A DNA stretch of 64,000 nt from Tubulanus polymorphus (Eukaryota > Animalia > Nemertea), in assembly GCF_964204645.1 (NCBI RefSeq), contig NC_134025.1, forward strand, positions 19,877,101 through 19,941,100, in the 5' to 3' direction. The notes beneath the pieces were generated by a model. That model made no database searches and was not told where the DNA came from. It saw nothing but the letters and a program-made list of their open reading frames with translations. Below, one piece after another: positions 15,201-27,493 of this stretch. Within the stretch, counting starts at the first letter, position 1, and every line of letters begins with the position of its first letter. Both the position numbers and the translations under genes were made by a program.

Positions 15201-16072
15201 GAGATATATTTAACTCGTGAATTGTAATCATATCAAATTTATAATTGTTGTGAATATAGCGATTGTATAATTGAATCAATGAATCTATTCTATTCTTACC
15301 AGACCAGGGGAAGAATTTCATTCAAAGTCAGATTGTTGGCGATACGTGAATTGGTCATTTTTTTAGTGGAGTTAAACAGCTTTGAGTAGAAAATTTGCAG
15401 TCGTGATATCACAAGTTACAGGGCATTAATTGTGTAATTAACAAAGATATCAATTTCTTGTTTTAATCATTAATGAACAAAATTGAGGCAAAATCTTCTG
15501 TCACAATATCATGCGATAAAAATGGCTCTAACTTATCATCAGACATGCTAACTTATCAATTACCACATTAGGGACAAAAAATACAGTTATCAGGGACACA
15601 ATGAAGTAAAATGAAGAATTACAACACTTTTTAGAGGGAGAGTAGAAAATCATTCCAGGGACATTTAAGTTTTCAATAGCATCAAAAACAAAACACCAGG
15701 AACAGTGAGGCATTTATGGGGACTATAGCTGACAATATGGGACATTTGGCATTATTATGACTGGAACAAATTCTAATCTTATGACTATGTCAATAATCAC
15801 AAGTGCTACGTTCCGATATTGATTGGTGACATATTGATAGCTCATTTTTGAGGTCAAATGTGATCACCAAAGAATAAATGGTGAAGGTGTCCACCGACTT
15901 CGGCATTAGAAAAATACACGCTTTTTTCTAAAATAAGGTTGAGTGCACATGAATCAATTTGATAACCAATTGTAAATATTTCCCATCAAATATCATTTAG
16001 AATTCATATTGAATCATTTGCAATAACCGTCTTTAATTTCTAGCCCACTAAAGACGTCGTGAATGCTCCTAC

Positions 16073-16178
16073 CTTCCTCTGCGACCTCATCAGGCGTCTT
16101 ATTTCTGCCAAGTATATCACTAAATGCTAAAACACCAGTCACCAATGTCCGGAATCTTTGTAGCATCCGATCAGACAT
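16073..16178 (-). CDS. Putative alternative first coding exon of the Slp-like gene
   Basis: ATG-initiated MSDRMLQRFRTLVTGVLAFSDILGRNKTPDEVAEE ending G|gtagga in phase 1, compatible with the 11327 exon; two minus-strand CCAAT boxes upstream at ~16750-16786. Confidence 0.5.
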
Positions 16179-19100
16179 ATTTCACATTACACGACGCGAT
16201 TGGTTTAATGCTTGTTATACAACAAACGTAATCTGGTCAGCAATTGATGATGAAACTGCGGAGCACGTTTTAATCCACTGGATGTTTAGATAAGTCACAC
16301 GCATTGAGTCGCTTATACCGGATAGTTTAAGTAAATTACAACGACTTGATTGTCACCACACAATCAGCGCACGTTAATCCTAATAGCTAAGCCAGGACAA
16401 GTCCAGCTTCAATAAGGTTATCAGCGACAACAGAACACAGAACGCTGCATTTAAATAATCAAAGGGCCAGCCGCTCTGTCAAGCATATGCAACAGCATCC
16501 AAATCCAATTCGCAGGATAATTGTCGATACGTTGATATGCAACCGAGACGCAGTACCTGCCAGTAATTAACAAGGTATCTGTGACAAGCCAACAATATCA
16601 ATTGATGCTTTTGTTTGCCGCAGACTACTACCACCACTGAGACCAGCACCGTTGAGGCTAGCAGTGACAATAGGGATTGACGCCAGAACGTAGTACAGTT
16701 TCAAGCTTGAATAAAAGTTTAAACGAGAGCTTATTTTATCCCATCTTTGATTGGATGTTTATCAATGACGAGCACTTTTGATTGGCCGGTTTACAACGCT
16801 GTCGTACAATAGTAATGTTGCTGACAGATACTTCGCCACGATGTTTAACAGCATCAGTCACTCGTTTCTATGGAACACTAAGCTCAATGATATTCACTTC
16901 CGCCGTGGATTACGTATGAATTTTTCGAAAAAATGCTGCACCCATTGTTAATCAATGTGCATGCAGCAAAATCATACTTTAATAAACAGCCTATGATTGA
17001 TTATTGATCAGTATATCATCCGATTGCAGAAGACAATTCCTCGAATTACATATTTCACAAAGAAAATTACAGGACTTAATCGTGCAATGATTTCCATACA
17101 GATCCGTCGATGCAATGACTACGGTAGCGTTAGTGTGGTAGAGATAAAACAGTAAATTCTACGCCGATCGCAAACATCCATCATCCTATCCGAACGAATT
17201 GATCGACTCTAGAAAACAACCGAACCGGCATTTCAGAAGATGTCCGGTCATTAAACAAGCTAATCCATGTAGATTGTAGCAACTCATAAATTCATAATAC
17301 GACAGAAAACAACTTCACAGGTGTGCTCGTGGCATTAGCTTGTTGCTTAGCAACAGATGCAGACAAGAGGCTATGCATCAAAGACGTTCTGTGTCAACAT
17401 TTTCAGGCAAAGCCACAAAGGAAATTTCAAATAGCAGAAGCTAATGAAAATGTTAGCCGTCTGTAATCGACGCACGATGTGCAGTCACGGGTCAGCTGAA
17501 ATCGTTTCATGTTCGACAAAGCCTCGCTAGGAAAAACACGATCACTGTGTTTTTCATAAAACTTAAACTCATCGCTGCAGATGAGAAAACAACAGAGTCG
17601 GTTTCCTTCTAAATTCAATCTATAATCACGTATCATCTCGAGGAATAGATACGCAGTCTTCAGGCTAAGCGCCTACGCATTCTTTACAATGAATAAGTAG
17701 AGCTCAAAGTGTCCCTGCGGTAAACACTCGATAGTCATTTCTTAACCATTAGGATAGTGACCTTCTCAATTTCAGCTTGATTGAAAAAGCTGGTCAAATT
17801 TTTCTACAGTATAAACACGAGGGGGGTAATAGATGTAGACATGGTGACATTACTTAATTGAGTAATTCAAAAAAATGTTTTCAATCATTAACCTTGAAAA
17901 TAAACATCCAATGAGCCCATCAGCAGAATGTCAACAACTATACAACGAAATGGTTTCCAAAGGAGTAGGCTACCCATACTCCATCTATATGGTCAACCTA
18001 GTTTTACCTACAAGATTTGGTTACATATCCACTGTCTCCCACACCCAGCAGTCAAATCTGGACTCTTTATATCGATTCAATTTCCTTATTAATTGATGAT
18101 TTTATAACTGATTTGCTGTAGTATTTATATGAAGCTGGTCCCTGGTCTACCATGTGGAGGTCAATAGGGAATTGCCAAGAGAATTGCATAATAGATTTTA
18201 ATTCAACTGAACTTATCTACTGAGATAAACTGCAGTCCTGGGACACCATGCCCACTAGGAAAATGGTTTGAAATGCTTATCAGAAAATTTCAATATTTAA
18301 CGCCCCCTGGTAAACATAGAAATTGATTGTGGTAACAAAATACGCCTAGGTACCAATACAACAGCAAATCGCTTAAGTATTCGGCTATTCAACGCTCCCT
18401 GGTGACCATATACAGAAACCAATGACCTCGAAACTCAGTAAGCGTTTCCAACAAAATGGTTTTGCTTTCATTGTGTACACACAAATGAAATTCTGCCGCA
18501 TAACCTTGACAGTTTTTCCTAAATATAACAAAACAAATACACATTAACTTTGCAGCAGTCGATATTTTGATTATCATGTGATTCTTCGGAAAAGTCTTCG
18601 GACGAACAATTTGATCAGAACAAGAATACTCTCATTTAGATATAAGCCCTGCTTGCACCTACAATTCGGAACCAGCAACAACTGGATTTCGAGTGATTGG
18701 GACTAGAAAAATCGTCAGGCATTTCCAGTACCACATCTTTATAAAATTAGCCCAATGATAAAATTTTGATGGGCTCCTTAAATGTCAGCCAAAAGAAAAT
18801 CCTGATTGACCTTTCCGAGTAAAATTAATGCAAAGTTCCCCCAGAAGCCTGTAGAATGCCAATTCCGTACAGGACACAGACCTCTTTCTTGGATCATTGC
18901 AATGATTGAATATTCTGAAATTAGGCCGAAAGTATACAATTACTGGGTCTAAATCAAACATCCCTCAAAACGCAGTAACAGTCTGTATAACACAGCAATA
19001 CACGCACAACATGCACACACCATCTGCTGGCAACTTCCTGAACTTACAACTGGCGGGAAATTCAAATGAGATTAGACCCAGGACTCAAATAAAACTAACA

Positions 19101-19214
19101 AAAAAAACCATTACCGTGTACATGCCAAATTTCATGAATAAAAAGCAATTTCTACAAAACTGCATATGAAAAATTGCAGTTTCCTCTTTTTTTTATAGCA
19201 CAGGTTAATATTAT

Positions 19215-20050
19215 CAGGGTACCCACTTTTATCTGACTTGCTTTTCCCTGACTTTTCCTTGACATGCACATTGTTTTCCCTGATTTCATTTGCTAAGAAT
19301 CCTATCAATTAACACTAGCGGCCTGCGATAGGCCACCAGTTGCCATCATATCTGTTCTACAATGTACATAAGCCTTGCTACCAAGCTTGCTACCGCAAAC
19401 CAGCTCGTACCAACTATCGCAAGCCGTATTCGGCTAATTGCTCATGTTCTACTCAAGCCTACGATAGGCTGACAGTTGCTTTCGAACGCAACCAGCCCAA
19501 GTTCAGCTGCAACACAACGGAACTGAGTGTAAAAATTCCAGTCAATCAAGAGACCGCAGTACAAATTGTGACTGCTAGGTAGCATCATCAGTATCTTGTA
19601 ACGAACTTTCAAATTCAAGTACCGGTAATTTCCAATGCAAACCAAACCTTCAGCATGGCACATGACTGGACAGAGGATTTAGAAACGAACTTGGTTGAAT
19701 TATGGTGTGAGCGGCCCTCTCTATATGATGTCACTAGCACATTGTATTCAAAAAAGAATCAGAAAGATAAAGGCTTTTCAACTGTTATGATAATCTAAAA
19801 TAATTTAAATCTGTTCTCAAAATGCTTATCACGTGACCATCTGAGTTGTGTAACATAATCCAGGCTTAAGACAAAGATGAAAACTGTTTGATTTTAACAA
19901 GCTAGGAAATCTAGCAATCTCAACAAATTTTCCTGATTTACCCCTGTCATTTAGCTTTTTTTTACAAAATGCCCTGACTATTCCCTGATCTTTTAATGAA
20001 AAGAAAATTCCCCGACTTTTTACTTGATTTCCAGGTAAATGGCCACCCTG
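19215..20050. mobile_element. hAT-like MITE with CCCTGA subterminal repeats carrying a MADF fragment
   Basis: Ends CAGGGT..ACCCTG; repeated TTCCCTGA(C/T); flanks ATTAT/GTTAT. Confidence 0.65.
19655..19798 (+). pseudogene. MADF/Myb-like domain fragment (Harbinger-type accessory protein)
   Basis: MAHDWTEDLETNLVELWCERPSLYDVTSTLYSKKNQKDK; an inverted degenerate copy at ~20335-20455 has an internal stop. Confidence 0.7.
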
Positions 20051-21812
20051 GTTATGAGGTGTGTGATCTGTTCTCGGTCCTACCGACTCCTACCGACGCA
20101 ACCGGGAGCAACTGCAATCGCAGCCCAGCTTATGTCGACTGCGCTCCGATTCCCAGCAACTGAGGCCGATTAACGGGATACGAGATCCTCCCAGTTGCTC
20201 CCTGCTTACGTTGGTTACGATTACTAGCAACTGCACTGGCTCAGATGGTCACGTGCTAAGCATTTTGAGAATAAAGTTGAATCATTTTGAATTATTGGGA
20301 AATACATTTCTTTTACTAAAGCTATTCATTTAAGATCTTTATCTTTCTGATTCTGTTTCGAATACAATGTGCTAGCGACATCATATAAAGATGGCCGCTC
20401 TCACCATAATTCTACCAATTTCGTTTCTAGATCTTCGGTCCAGTCATCTGCCGTGCTGAAGGTTTGGTTTACGTTTTGAACTACTTGAATTTGAAAGTTT
20501 ACAACTAATTACGAATGACGCTAACCAGCGGTCATAATTTGTACTATGTATATGCGGTCTCTTATTGGCTGGAACTCCTGCGCTCAGTTCCGTCGCGTCG
20601 CAGATGACCTTATGTCGAAAGCAACTGTCCGCCTACCGCAGGCCAGAGTAGAACATGGGAAACTAGCCAGATACGACTTGCGACGAGTTAGTAGGCGTCG
20701 GGTTGCCGACGCAAGCCGGCATATGTCGAACCGATAGAGCAACAACTGGCGGCCTCTCGTAGGCCGCTAATCGGCGATAAACCCAGTTGCGTCGGTAGGT
20801 ATCGCGTTGCTTGTCTACATAAGCCAGCCTTTACAATTAGATACCATGTGGGATCTCGGAAGCTTAGCTAACCTGTGCCTGTGGAGACCGGGTCCGTGTC
20901 CACTGAAAAGGCTACATATGACAGAACTATACATAGCAACAATGTGCTGATTCATCAGATAAAATTGTTTAACGTTATAACAGATTAACCATTGGACCAC
21001 TTAAAAGCAGATAGCAGTTCCTGTGTTGTGCAAAAAACACCACAAGGTACCTGGATATACAAAGTGACACCTCTGCTATTCAAGATTTCCCAGGCAGGAG
21101 GCAAATTCGGGTTACACTACTAACCAGATGCTCACAGCATGCAACTTTGCAACTATTAAGTTATAATAAACGCTGGCAGGTGCAGTGTAATACACAGCGC
21201 AGTGATGTCTCCTTAAATGGTCCAGAAATCTATCTAAGATAGATTTTTGGCAAGCCAGCATGCCGCATACTAGACAATTTTTGAGGCGAAATTGGAGGCT
21301 GTAAAGTGGCGTCAGTAGTTGGTGCCACTTCACCTCAGGAGGTGCCGTCACAGCACTGATTTTTATTTTTTACAATATATGTACAAAATTTCTATAATTG
21401 TTGATGTGACAGTTTGTTATGAGATTAGAAGAAGTGACTGGTCACAAGTAGCCGCAGTGAATTTATCCTTGCAACTTACAATCGCCAACAAATTGTCTAG
21501 TGTGAGGCAGGCTTAACTATGCGACACTATGTGACACCGGCTTTAGCTCAGTCAACCGAGTGGGCCATTCTTTTCAATGGGATTTCTAGAGTAGTGCCTC
21601 TGGACTGAATTTTTCAATGCAGGCAATGCAGTACTTCTTTTCTATCAATAGTACTGTCAAGAGCCAATCAGGGCATCATTAGCAGGAAAGAGTCTTGAGA
21701 AGAACCTTCAACCAAGACAATCCGACAAAATTCGAACAAATGAGGTTTCTTCTTCCCTTATAGTGGGAGTGAGGATGAGCATACAGCCGAGAGACTAAAC
21801 CAGTGTTTCAAA

Positions 21813-22062
21813 AGCCGTGATCACACCGGGCTAAATTTGGCCCGACCAAAAACGTCGGACTAGGCCCGAGTCAAAATTTAGCACTGGACAAATGATTGCA
21901 TATTAATTGCAACTGGTACTGGAAATGACCTATTTCACTTTGTTTAAGCAATGTTTAGTATTGAGCGAGTGGTTTGCGTGTCTCTTATTAAACACCAAAT
22001 TTGGCTCGAGCCTGATCCGTGCCAAATTGACCGCACCAAATCGTCCCCGTGTGATTGCGGCT
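21813..22062. mobile_element. Harbinger-type MITE
   Basis: TIR AGCCGTGATCACAC / GTGTGATTGCGGCT followed by TAA; related fragments at ~32070 and ~35586. Confidence 0.65.
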
Positions 22063-22177
22063 TAAGACCTAGCTAGGGCTTTATATCACTCAGCCATTGC
22101 ACCTCGATGGATGCAGCATCAAGGGTCATCTAGAATTCGAACACTACTCAGAAAATAAATGAATGTATGGTATTTAC

Positions 22178-22317
22178 CTTTCTGCTTACAACGCCTTGAA
22201 TTACGTTGATGTAGAGATGCATTCACCAAGTCAGGAGCATTGATCAACTTCTTACGTCGAGAATGACGTCTTTGAATACTTAAGTAAAACCAATTTCCTG
22301 TCAGCAGTTCTAACTCT
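22178..22317 (-). CDS. Slp4/5-like gene, SHD2 exon (TGNWFY motif)
   Basis: RELELLTGNWFY..APDLVNASL matches the SHD2 (S/T)GxWFY motif; acceptor ttttccag, donor G|gtaaat; phase 2-1. Confidence 0.9.
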
Positions 22318-23885
22318 CTGGAAAAAAGTGCAACTGGTACCGCTTTAAAACAAATGAAAGGGTGGTGAGTGTGGGAAGTGTGAATTTGAATGTGAGGTCC
22401 ATAGAAACCCGTGAGGGTGGGAAGTGTGAATTTGAATGCGTGGTTCCTAGATGTCAGCCTTAAATTAGTGTTTGACACAGAGCATGTGTCACCTTACAAT
22501 TATCCTCCTGTGAGTCATAATCGAAGGGTCATCCTAAAACATGATGCGAAGGACAAGTAAAGTGTCAACTGCTAGAGGTTGTAATCTGCAATTGGGAGGG
22601 GACTTCATCAAGCATGTGATAATTCAGTTCAGCTTTGATCCAACTGACATTAACTCAATGCCCGAGCCTTATGGTAGGTGTATTTTTTGCTCGATCAGCT
22701 GCAAGTTGGCTCATCCACTGAGCGATTGCTTTTTATCAACCAATAGAATACATTGTTGATATCATGTGATTTGTAAGCCATCTCCCAGTAAGTGGCGTAC
22801 CATATTGGAATTTGGATTTGATCGCTGTCACGCACATGTCACACGTTTAAATTCACTGACGAATTCGCTCTCGAAATTTGTGTGCCCCAAGCTTCATGCT
22901 GGTATCTATCAGCAGAACACCTGACAGATATTTGATAATCAGTCTCTATTATTCTAATCATATAGCCTAAGTGTGCTCAGTAGCTTACTTCGGATAACTT
23001 TTAATTGAATTTCAATTGGAGTTTGTAGTTCATTAGCCATTCGAAAGGTGATTCTGAAAACTCGCCTAAAAATTCTGAATGTCTGAAGGGGGAGGTTCAG
23101 GGTTGCACATTGATACCTACAATAACTTAACCAAAAGGATAAATCATTTAAGGCGGGTATACCAGTTTTCACGAGTTATGGCAAAATTGGATGATGTCGA
23201 GCAATATCGGACATGTTAGATATTCAGGCGTCCTGACATGCCTCATCATCGGCTCATGTACGCTCACCACCAATAGATCATCAGACTAGTAGAGCATTTC
23301 AGCCAATCACTAGCCAGCCAGTGTGACCTCTAGGGATCTCACACGTGACGCTGATGGTCTATAACAGGCAGTAGATATTAGATCCGGGTAAAGGAACAAG
23401 CAAGGAATGACTACTTGTCGCGTACAATACGAGCAACAGTAACAAAAAAATTGGTCAATACTTCATTGCATCCGAAAGTTGAAAATCGGTTTGTGTTAAT
23501 GCAGGCCTTCACTTAATTTGAACTGTGAGGGGGTTGGGTACCTCCTTGATTTGAATTAGAATACAACAGTGTGGTGATCTCCCATAGAAATGTTGTTGAC
23601 GAGTTTCAAAAGTGATGACTCTCGGCCATAATTAACCTGTGTATGAAATATTGAGATCGTTAGCCGACAAACTATATTACTTTTACCATGGGCCTGGTGT
23701 TTAATGTGAATAATAGGGCAGTCTACTAAACCATGTACTCAATAGTCTGGGATCAAATCGGGCACAGGAGGTTTAAAATGGGAGTTACTGACAGTGGCAA
23801 GGGCCGTGCTGATTCAAATGAGTGGGGGACATTAAAATGCACCCAAGCTACGGGCATGCATTGATTTCAAGCCAGTTAAATTTAC

Positions 23886-24101
23886 CTTTGTTTGAAGCAG
23901 TATCTACATAACCATCGTTTCTCTATTGGTACATCGTATTTACAGTTCGTGCAGATTTTATTATGACATTTCGGACAAATTTCTCCCCGATGGAATACGA
24001 CGCCGAGTTTAGCTCTGCATCGCGCGCACAAATACGCTGGATCCTCTCCTGGCTTTATCACGCTTTTTAGTCGAATTTGGTTCAATTCACGCTTCAAATT
24101 T
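23886..24101 (-). CDS. Slp4/5-like gene, FYVE-like Zn-finger exon of the Rab-binding domain
   Basis: NLKRELNQIRLK..CARC..CPKC..CTNC..WLCRYC (four CxxC pairs); acceptor ccctcag, donor AG|gtaaa; phase 2-2. Confidence 0.92.
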
Positions 24102-24374
24102 CTGAGGGAAAAAATCACACAAGAAAGAACATACATTGAAAATTCTGATTAAATTCCGCGTAAAAGTCATAGCTTTTTTCTCATCTGACTGCCACGCAAT
24201 CAAGAACTTCAGTGCACTTATACAGCAAGAAAATTCACAATCCATACACAATCTATATCATCATTATCATGTCATTTGTCGTGTAAGATGATCATAACAT
24301 ACATTAAAAAAAAATTAAGGTGAGAGGATCAGGGATGGATCCAGGAAAATTGGAAGGCTCGGGCCCAGTAAGAA

Positions 24375-24798
24375 AGACAAGGAGCCTTTTGGCTTATATA
24401 GCACCACTGTGTGATTTGAAGAAATAGAAACTGCATACCTAGGGGTGCCCCCTTATGGCCAAATCCAAAGAGCTCTGTACTTTGTAGGTATTGGTCCATA
24501 GAACATTCATACCAAATTTGGAATTGATCTCATTAATACTGAAAGACAAGTAGCAATTTGAATAGAAACTCCAACCCCAGGGGCACCCCATGGGGGACGA
24601 ATCCTAAAAATGGCTCTGTAACCTAACTTTATAGGCCTAGGTCCATAGAACATTCACATCAAATTTGGAATTGATCTGATTAAAACTGTAGGACTAGCAG
24701 CGATTTGAAGAAAAAGTTGACGGACGAACGAACGAACGAACGACGGCTCACCCCTAACCCATTAGCTCAGCTGGCCTTCCGTCACAGCGGAGCTAAAA
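24375..24798 (+). mobile_element. Helentron-associated (HINE/DINE-like) element
   Basis: Two core tandem repeats (GGTCCATAGAACATTCA..), (GAAC)n microsatellite, 3' hairpin AGCTCAGCTG..CAGCGGAGCT followed by an A-run. Confidence 0.7.
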
Positions 24799-25883
24799 AG
24801 GCATCACTTGGAATGATAGAGCAGCCATGTCAAAGGTCACGAGCAAGGAAGAAATACATTTTGAAAGATGCAATTTCCAAAAGGTGGTATACAGTAGTTT
24901 AAAATACAAAGCTGTGAATAACAACCTATTAGTATAGGATAATTGTATCTATTTATCATTTGGTTGTTACATTATTACATCATTATAGATATAACATAAT
25001 ATACTGTGAAATAAATTGCCCATGGGCAAAGTGTGGTTTACCTTGAAAGCTAGAGGTTGTTAGGAGTAAGAGCATTTTATCTTTCTTACAGTATTATTTT
25101 GTAATCAAATAAGACCAAAGATAAACATTTGTTTACGGTATACGTCAAAAATTTCGTAGGGTACAGATAGGCACAACAGGGAAACTATTTTATATTTTCA
25201 AAAAAATATTTTTCACAATATGAAAAAATATTCATATGATGTCACATAAGTAATAGGGATAATAGGCTTTCAGATCAAAGGTCGAAGGGTCGAGCTCGTA
25301 AAAAAATGAAAATAACAATAATTTACAGTTGAATTAGTCGCGCACACTCCTAATTCAACTGTAAATTATTATTATTTTCATTTTTTTACTCACTCACCCC
25401 TTCAACCTTTAACCTGAAAGCCCATTATCCCTATTACTCTTAAAATATTCATATATATATATGAACATAATTTACATGAATAACATATAAATTGATAGAT
25501 TATTCAATATAAAAGTGTGAGTAAAGTGTTAGTAAAAAAGTAACGAGTAATTAACGAGCTCTTATAGAATAGATAGATAGATATATTTTAAACATTATTT
25601 CAATATTTATATTTGTATGAGTTAGATTTTTAAACATTAAAAGTGTTAGTAAAGTGTGATTGAAATAATTCATATATAAATCATTGAATATTTATATTTA
25701 TATGCGTTAAATTCTTATTTTCAATATAAAAAGTAACGAGTAATTAACGAGTGAAATAATTCATATTTAAAACAGTGAATATTTATATTTATATGCGTTA
25801 AATTCTTATTTTATGTTTAAAAGTAACGAGTAATTAACGAGTTGATGAAAATATCAATTTTAATAACAAAATTACTTATAAAT

Positions 25884-26444
25884 ATGAATGAACAGATACT
25901 ACATTTCAAAGATATCGATTTAAATGAATTAGAAAAATATTTTACAATTAAAAATTTCATTCCTATTAAAGATTTGATTAAAACTGCGCGGCTTCGTTTT
26001 CAAGTGAAAAATATTACTGAATTAGTGTTTAAAAATCACTATCTAATAATAGAGTTATCGAATGATAAAGATAAAATCTTATTCAATACAATAATTCCAA
26101 AATTCACAACATTTGATGGAATAGATAAACATTCAATAATTACAGATGAAATGCAATCACTTTTTAATAATGAAAATTCACATAAAACATTATTTTTACA
26201 CTTACGTTATTGCCCATTCAGAGAATGCTATGTTATGTTTTTCAGATTACAAGAAAAGAGATTTATCCCTGACATTCCAAATGAAAAATCATATAAAGAT
26301 GTTGGAATTCAATGTAACTTAGATAATGAAATTGTTGCGCCTAAATATAATCCTAATGAAAGCGTTTTATGTAATTGTGGAAAATATTATACTCGAAGCA
26401 ATAAATCACACCATCTTAAATCAAAATATCATAACACATATTAA
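25884..26444 (+). CDS. Element ORF1, hypothetical protein with C-terminal CxC..H..H Zn-finger
   Basis: First ATG at 25884 within ORF 25842..26444; C-terminus CNCGKYYTRSNKSHHLKSKYH. Confidence 0.65.
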   Translation: MNEQILHFKDIDLNELEKYFTIKNFIPIKDLIKTARLRFQVKNITELVFKNHYLIIELSNDKDKILFNTIIPKFTTFDGIDKHSIITDEMQSLFNNENSHKTLFLHLRYCPFRECYVMFFRLQEKRFIPDIPNEKSYKDVGIQCNLDNEIVAPKYNPNESVLCNCGKYYTRSNKSHHLKSKYHNTY

Positions 26445-26546
26445 AGATAAAAAACTAATAACATAACAGATGATTTAAAAACATCAAAACATCATTTTGT
26501 TTTCAGTAACTATCCTAAAGATCATGAATTGTTTAGCATGAAATGA
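26445..26546 (+). pseudogene. Remnant of protein-primed DNA polymerase B (Polinton pPolB)
   Basis: Left copy reads KTNNITDDLKTSKHHFVFSNYPKDHELFSMK*. The right-arm copy (~29262-29365, minus) reads ILKIKTNNITDDLKTSKHHFDFSNYPKDHELFS, resembling the pPolB segment IxTxDxYxD..FDxSNYPKDHxLxS that follows YxDTDS (recognised from family knowledge). Confidence 0.7.
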
Positions 26547-26800
26547 TAAATTGTTTGACAGTTGAAATGATAAATTGTTTGGCAGTTGAAATGATAAATT
26601 GTTTGACAGTTGAAATGATACATTGTTTGACAGTTGAAATGATAAATTGTTTGACAGTTTAAATGATAAATTGTTTAACAGTTGAAATGATAAATTGTTT
26701 GACAGTTGAAATGATAAATTATTTGACAGTTGAAATGATAAATTGTTTGACAGTTGAAATGATAAATTGTTTGACAGTTGAAATGTTAAATTGTTTGGCT
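26538..26800 (+). repeat. 24-bp minisatellite (GACAGTTGAAATGATAAATTGTTT), about 11 copies
   Basis: Directly visible tandem array in the left arm. Confidence 0.95.
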
Positions 26801-26921
26801 GTAAATTTAATTGTTATTTGATTTAATCATTTAAAAGTTAAATATTTTTAAAATGATTATAAAATATTTAATTAAAAACTAGCAAATATTTTATAAACTG
26901 TTTAATATTTCTCTTAAATAA

Positions 26922-27140
26922 ATGGATGGTTTCATCCCAACTGGGAAAAGTGATTTGAAACATTATTTAGTAGCAGGCGGATTAATATTGGCTGCGCTTT
27001 TCTTTTATTATGAAAATATCAGTAAGGATTTGATTAATGAAAATATAAAATTGAGCAAGAAATTAAAGAAGTTAAATGGAAACAATCACAGAAAGAATAA
27101 CAATAAAAAAGTTAATGATTTAAATGATTTGGAGGATTAA
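26922..27140 (+). CDS. Element ORF2, small TM + Lys/Asn-rich coiled-coil protein
   Basis: 72 aa; hydrophobic YLVAGGLILAALFFYY then basic tail; identical copy on the right arm. Confidence 0.55.
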   Translation: MDGFIPTGKSDLKHYLVAGGLILAALFFYYENISKDLINENIKLSKKLKKLNGNNHRKNNNKKVNDLNDLED

Positions 27141-27187
27141 AACAGCATCTTTTAATTTAATTTATTCTATATATTTTGACTATAAAA

Positions 27188-27493
27188 ATGAGTGAAAATA
27201 AGGTATTAGAAATATTACATCTAATATATAAAAATCAACAGAATATTAAATCAATTATTATGATTTCAGGTTTATTTTCATTCTCAGTTTATACTATAAA
27301 ACAGTTGTTAGAATTCTATGATTGCTGTAAAATTAGATACACTGAATTAATAGAAAATATAAATTATCTATCAGATCGAATAAATAATATTAAATGCTGT
27401 GAAATATGTAATAAAAGATATAAAAATAAAAAGAGTTTGAGAAATCACATGTATATTCATGAATTAGATGAGAAATTTCATAATTCAAATTGA
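27188..27493 (+). CDS. Element ORF3, hydrophobic segment + C2H2 Zn-finger protein
   Basis: MSENK..IIMISGLFSFSVYTI..CEICNKRYKNKKSLRNHMYIH (canonical C2H2 spacing). Confidence 0.6.
   Translation: MSENKVLEILHLIYKNQQNIKSIIMISGLFSFSVYTIKQLLEFYDCCKIRYTELIENINYLSDRINNIKCCEICNKRYKNKKSLRNHMYIHELDEKFHNSN

Noticed and set aside
22850-22885. Second hammerhead (CUGACGA..GAAA)
   Set aside because: No stem II pairing; the candidate near 7570-7608 lacks GAAA.
25254-25266. Resemblance of TAGGGATAATAGG to the I-SceI site
   Set aside because: Only a partial match to the 18-bp site; likely coincidence.
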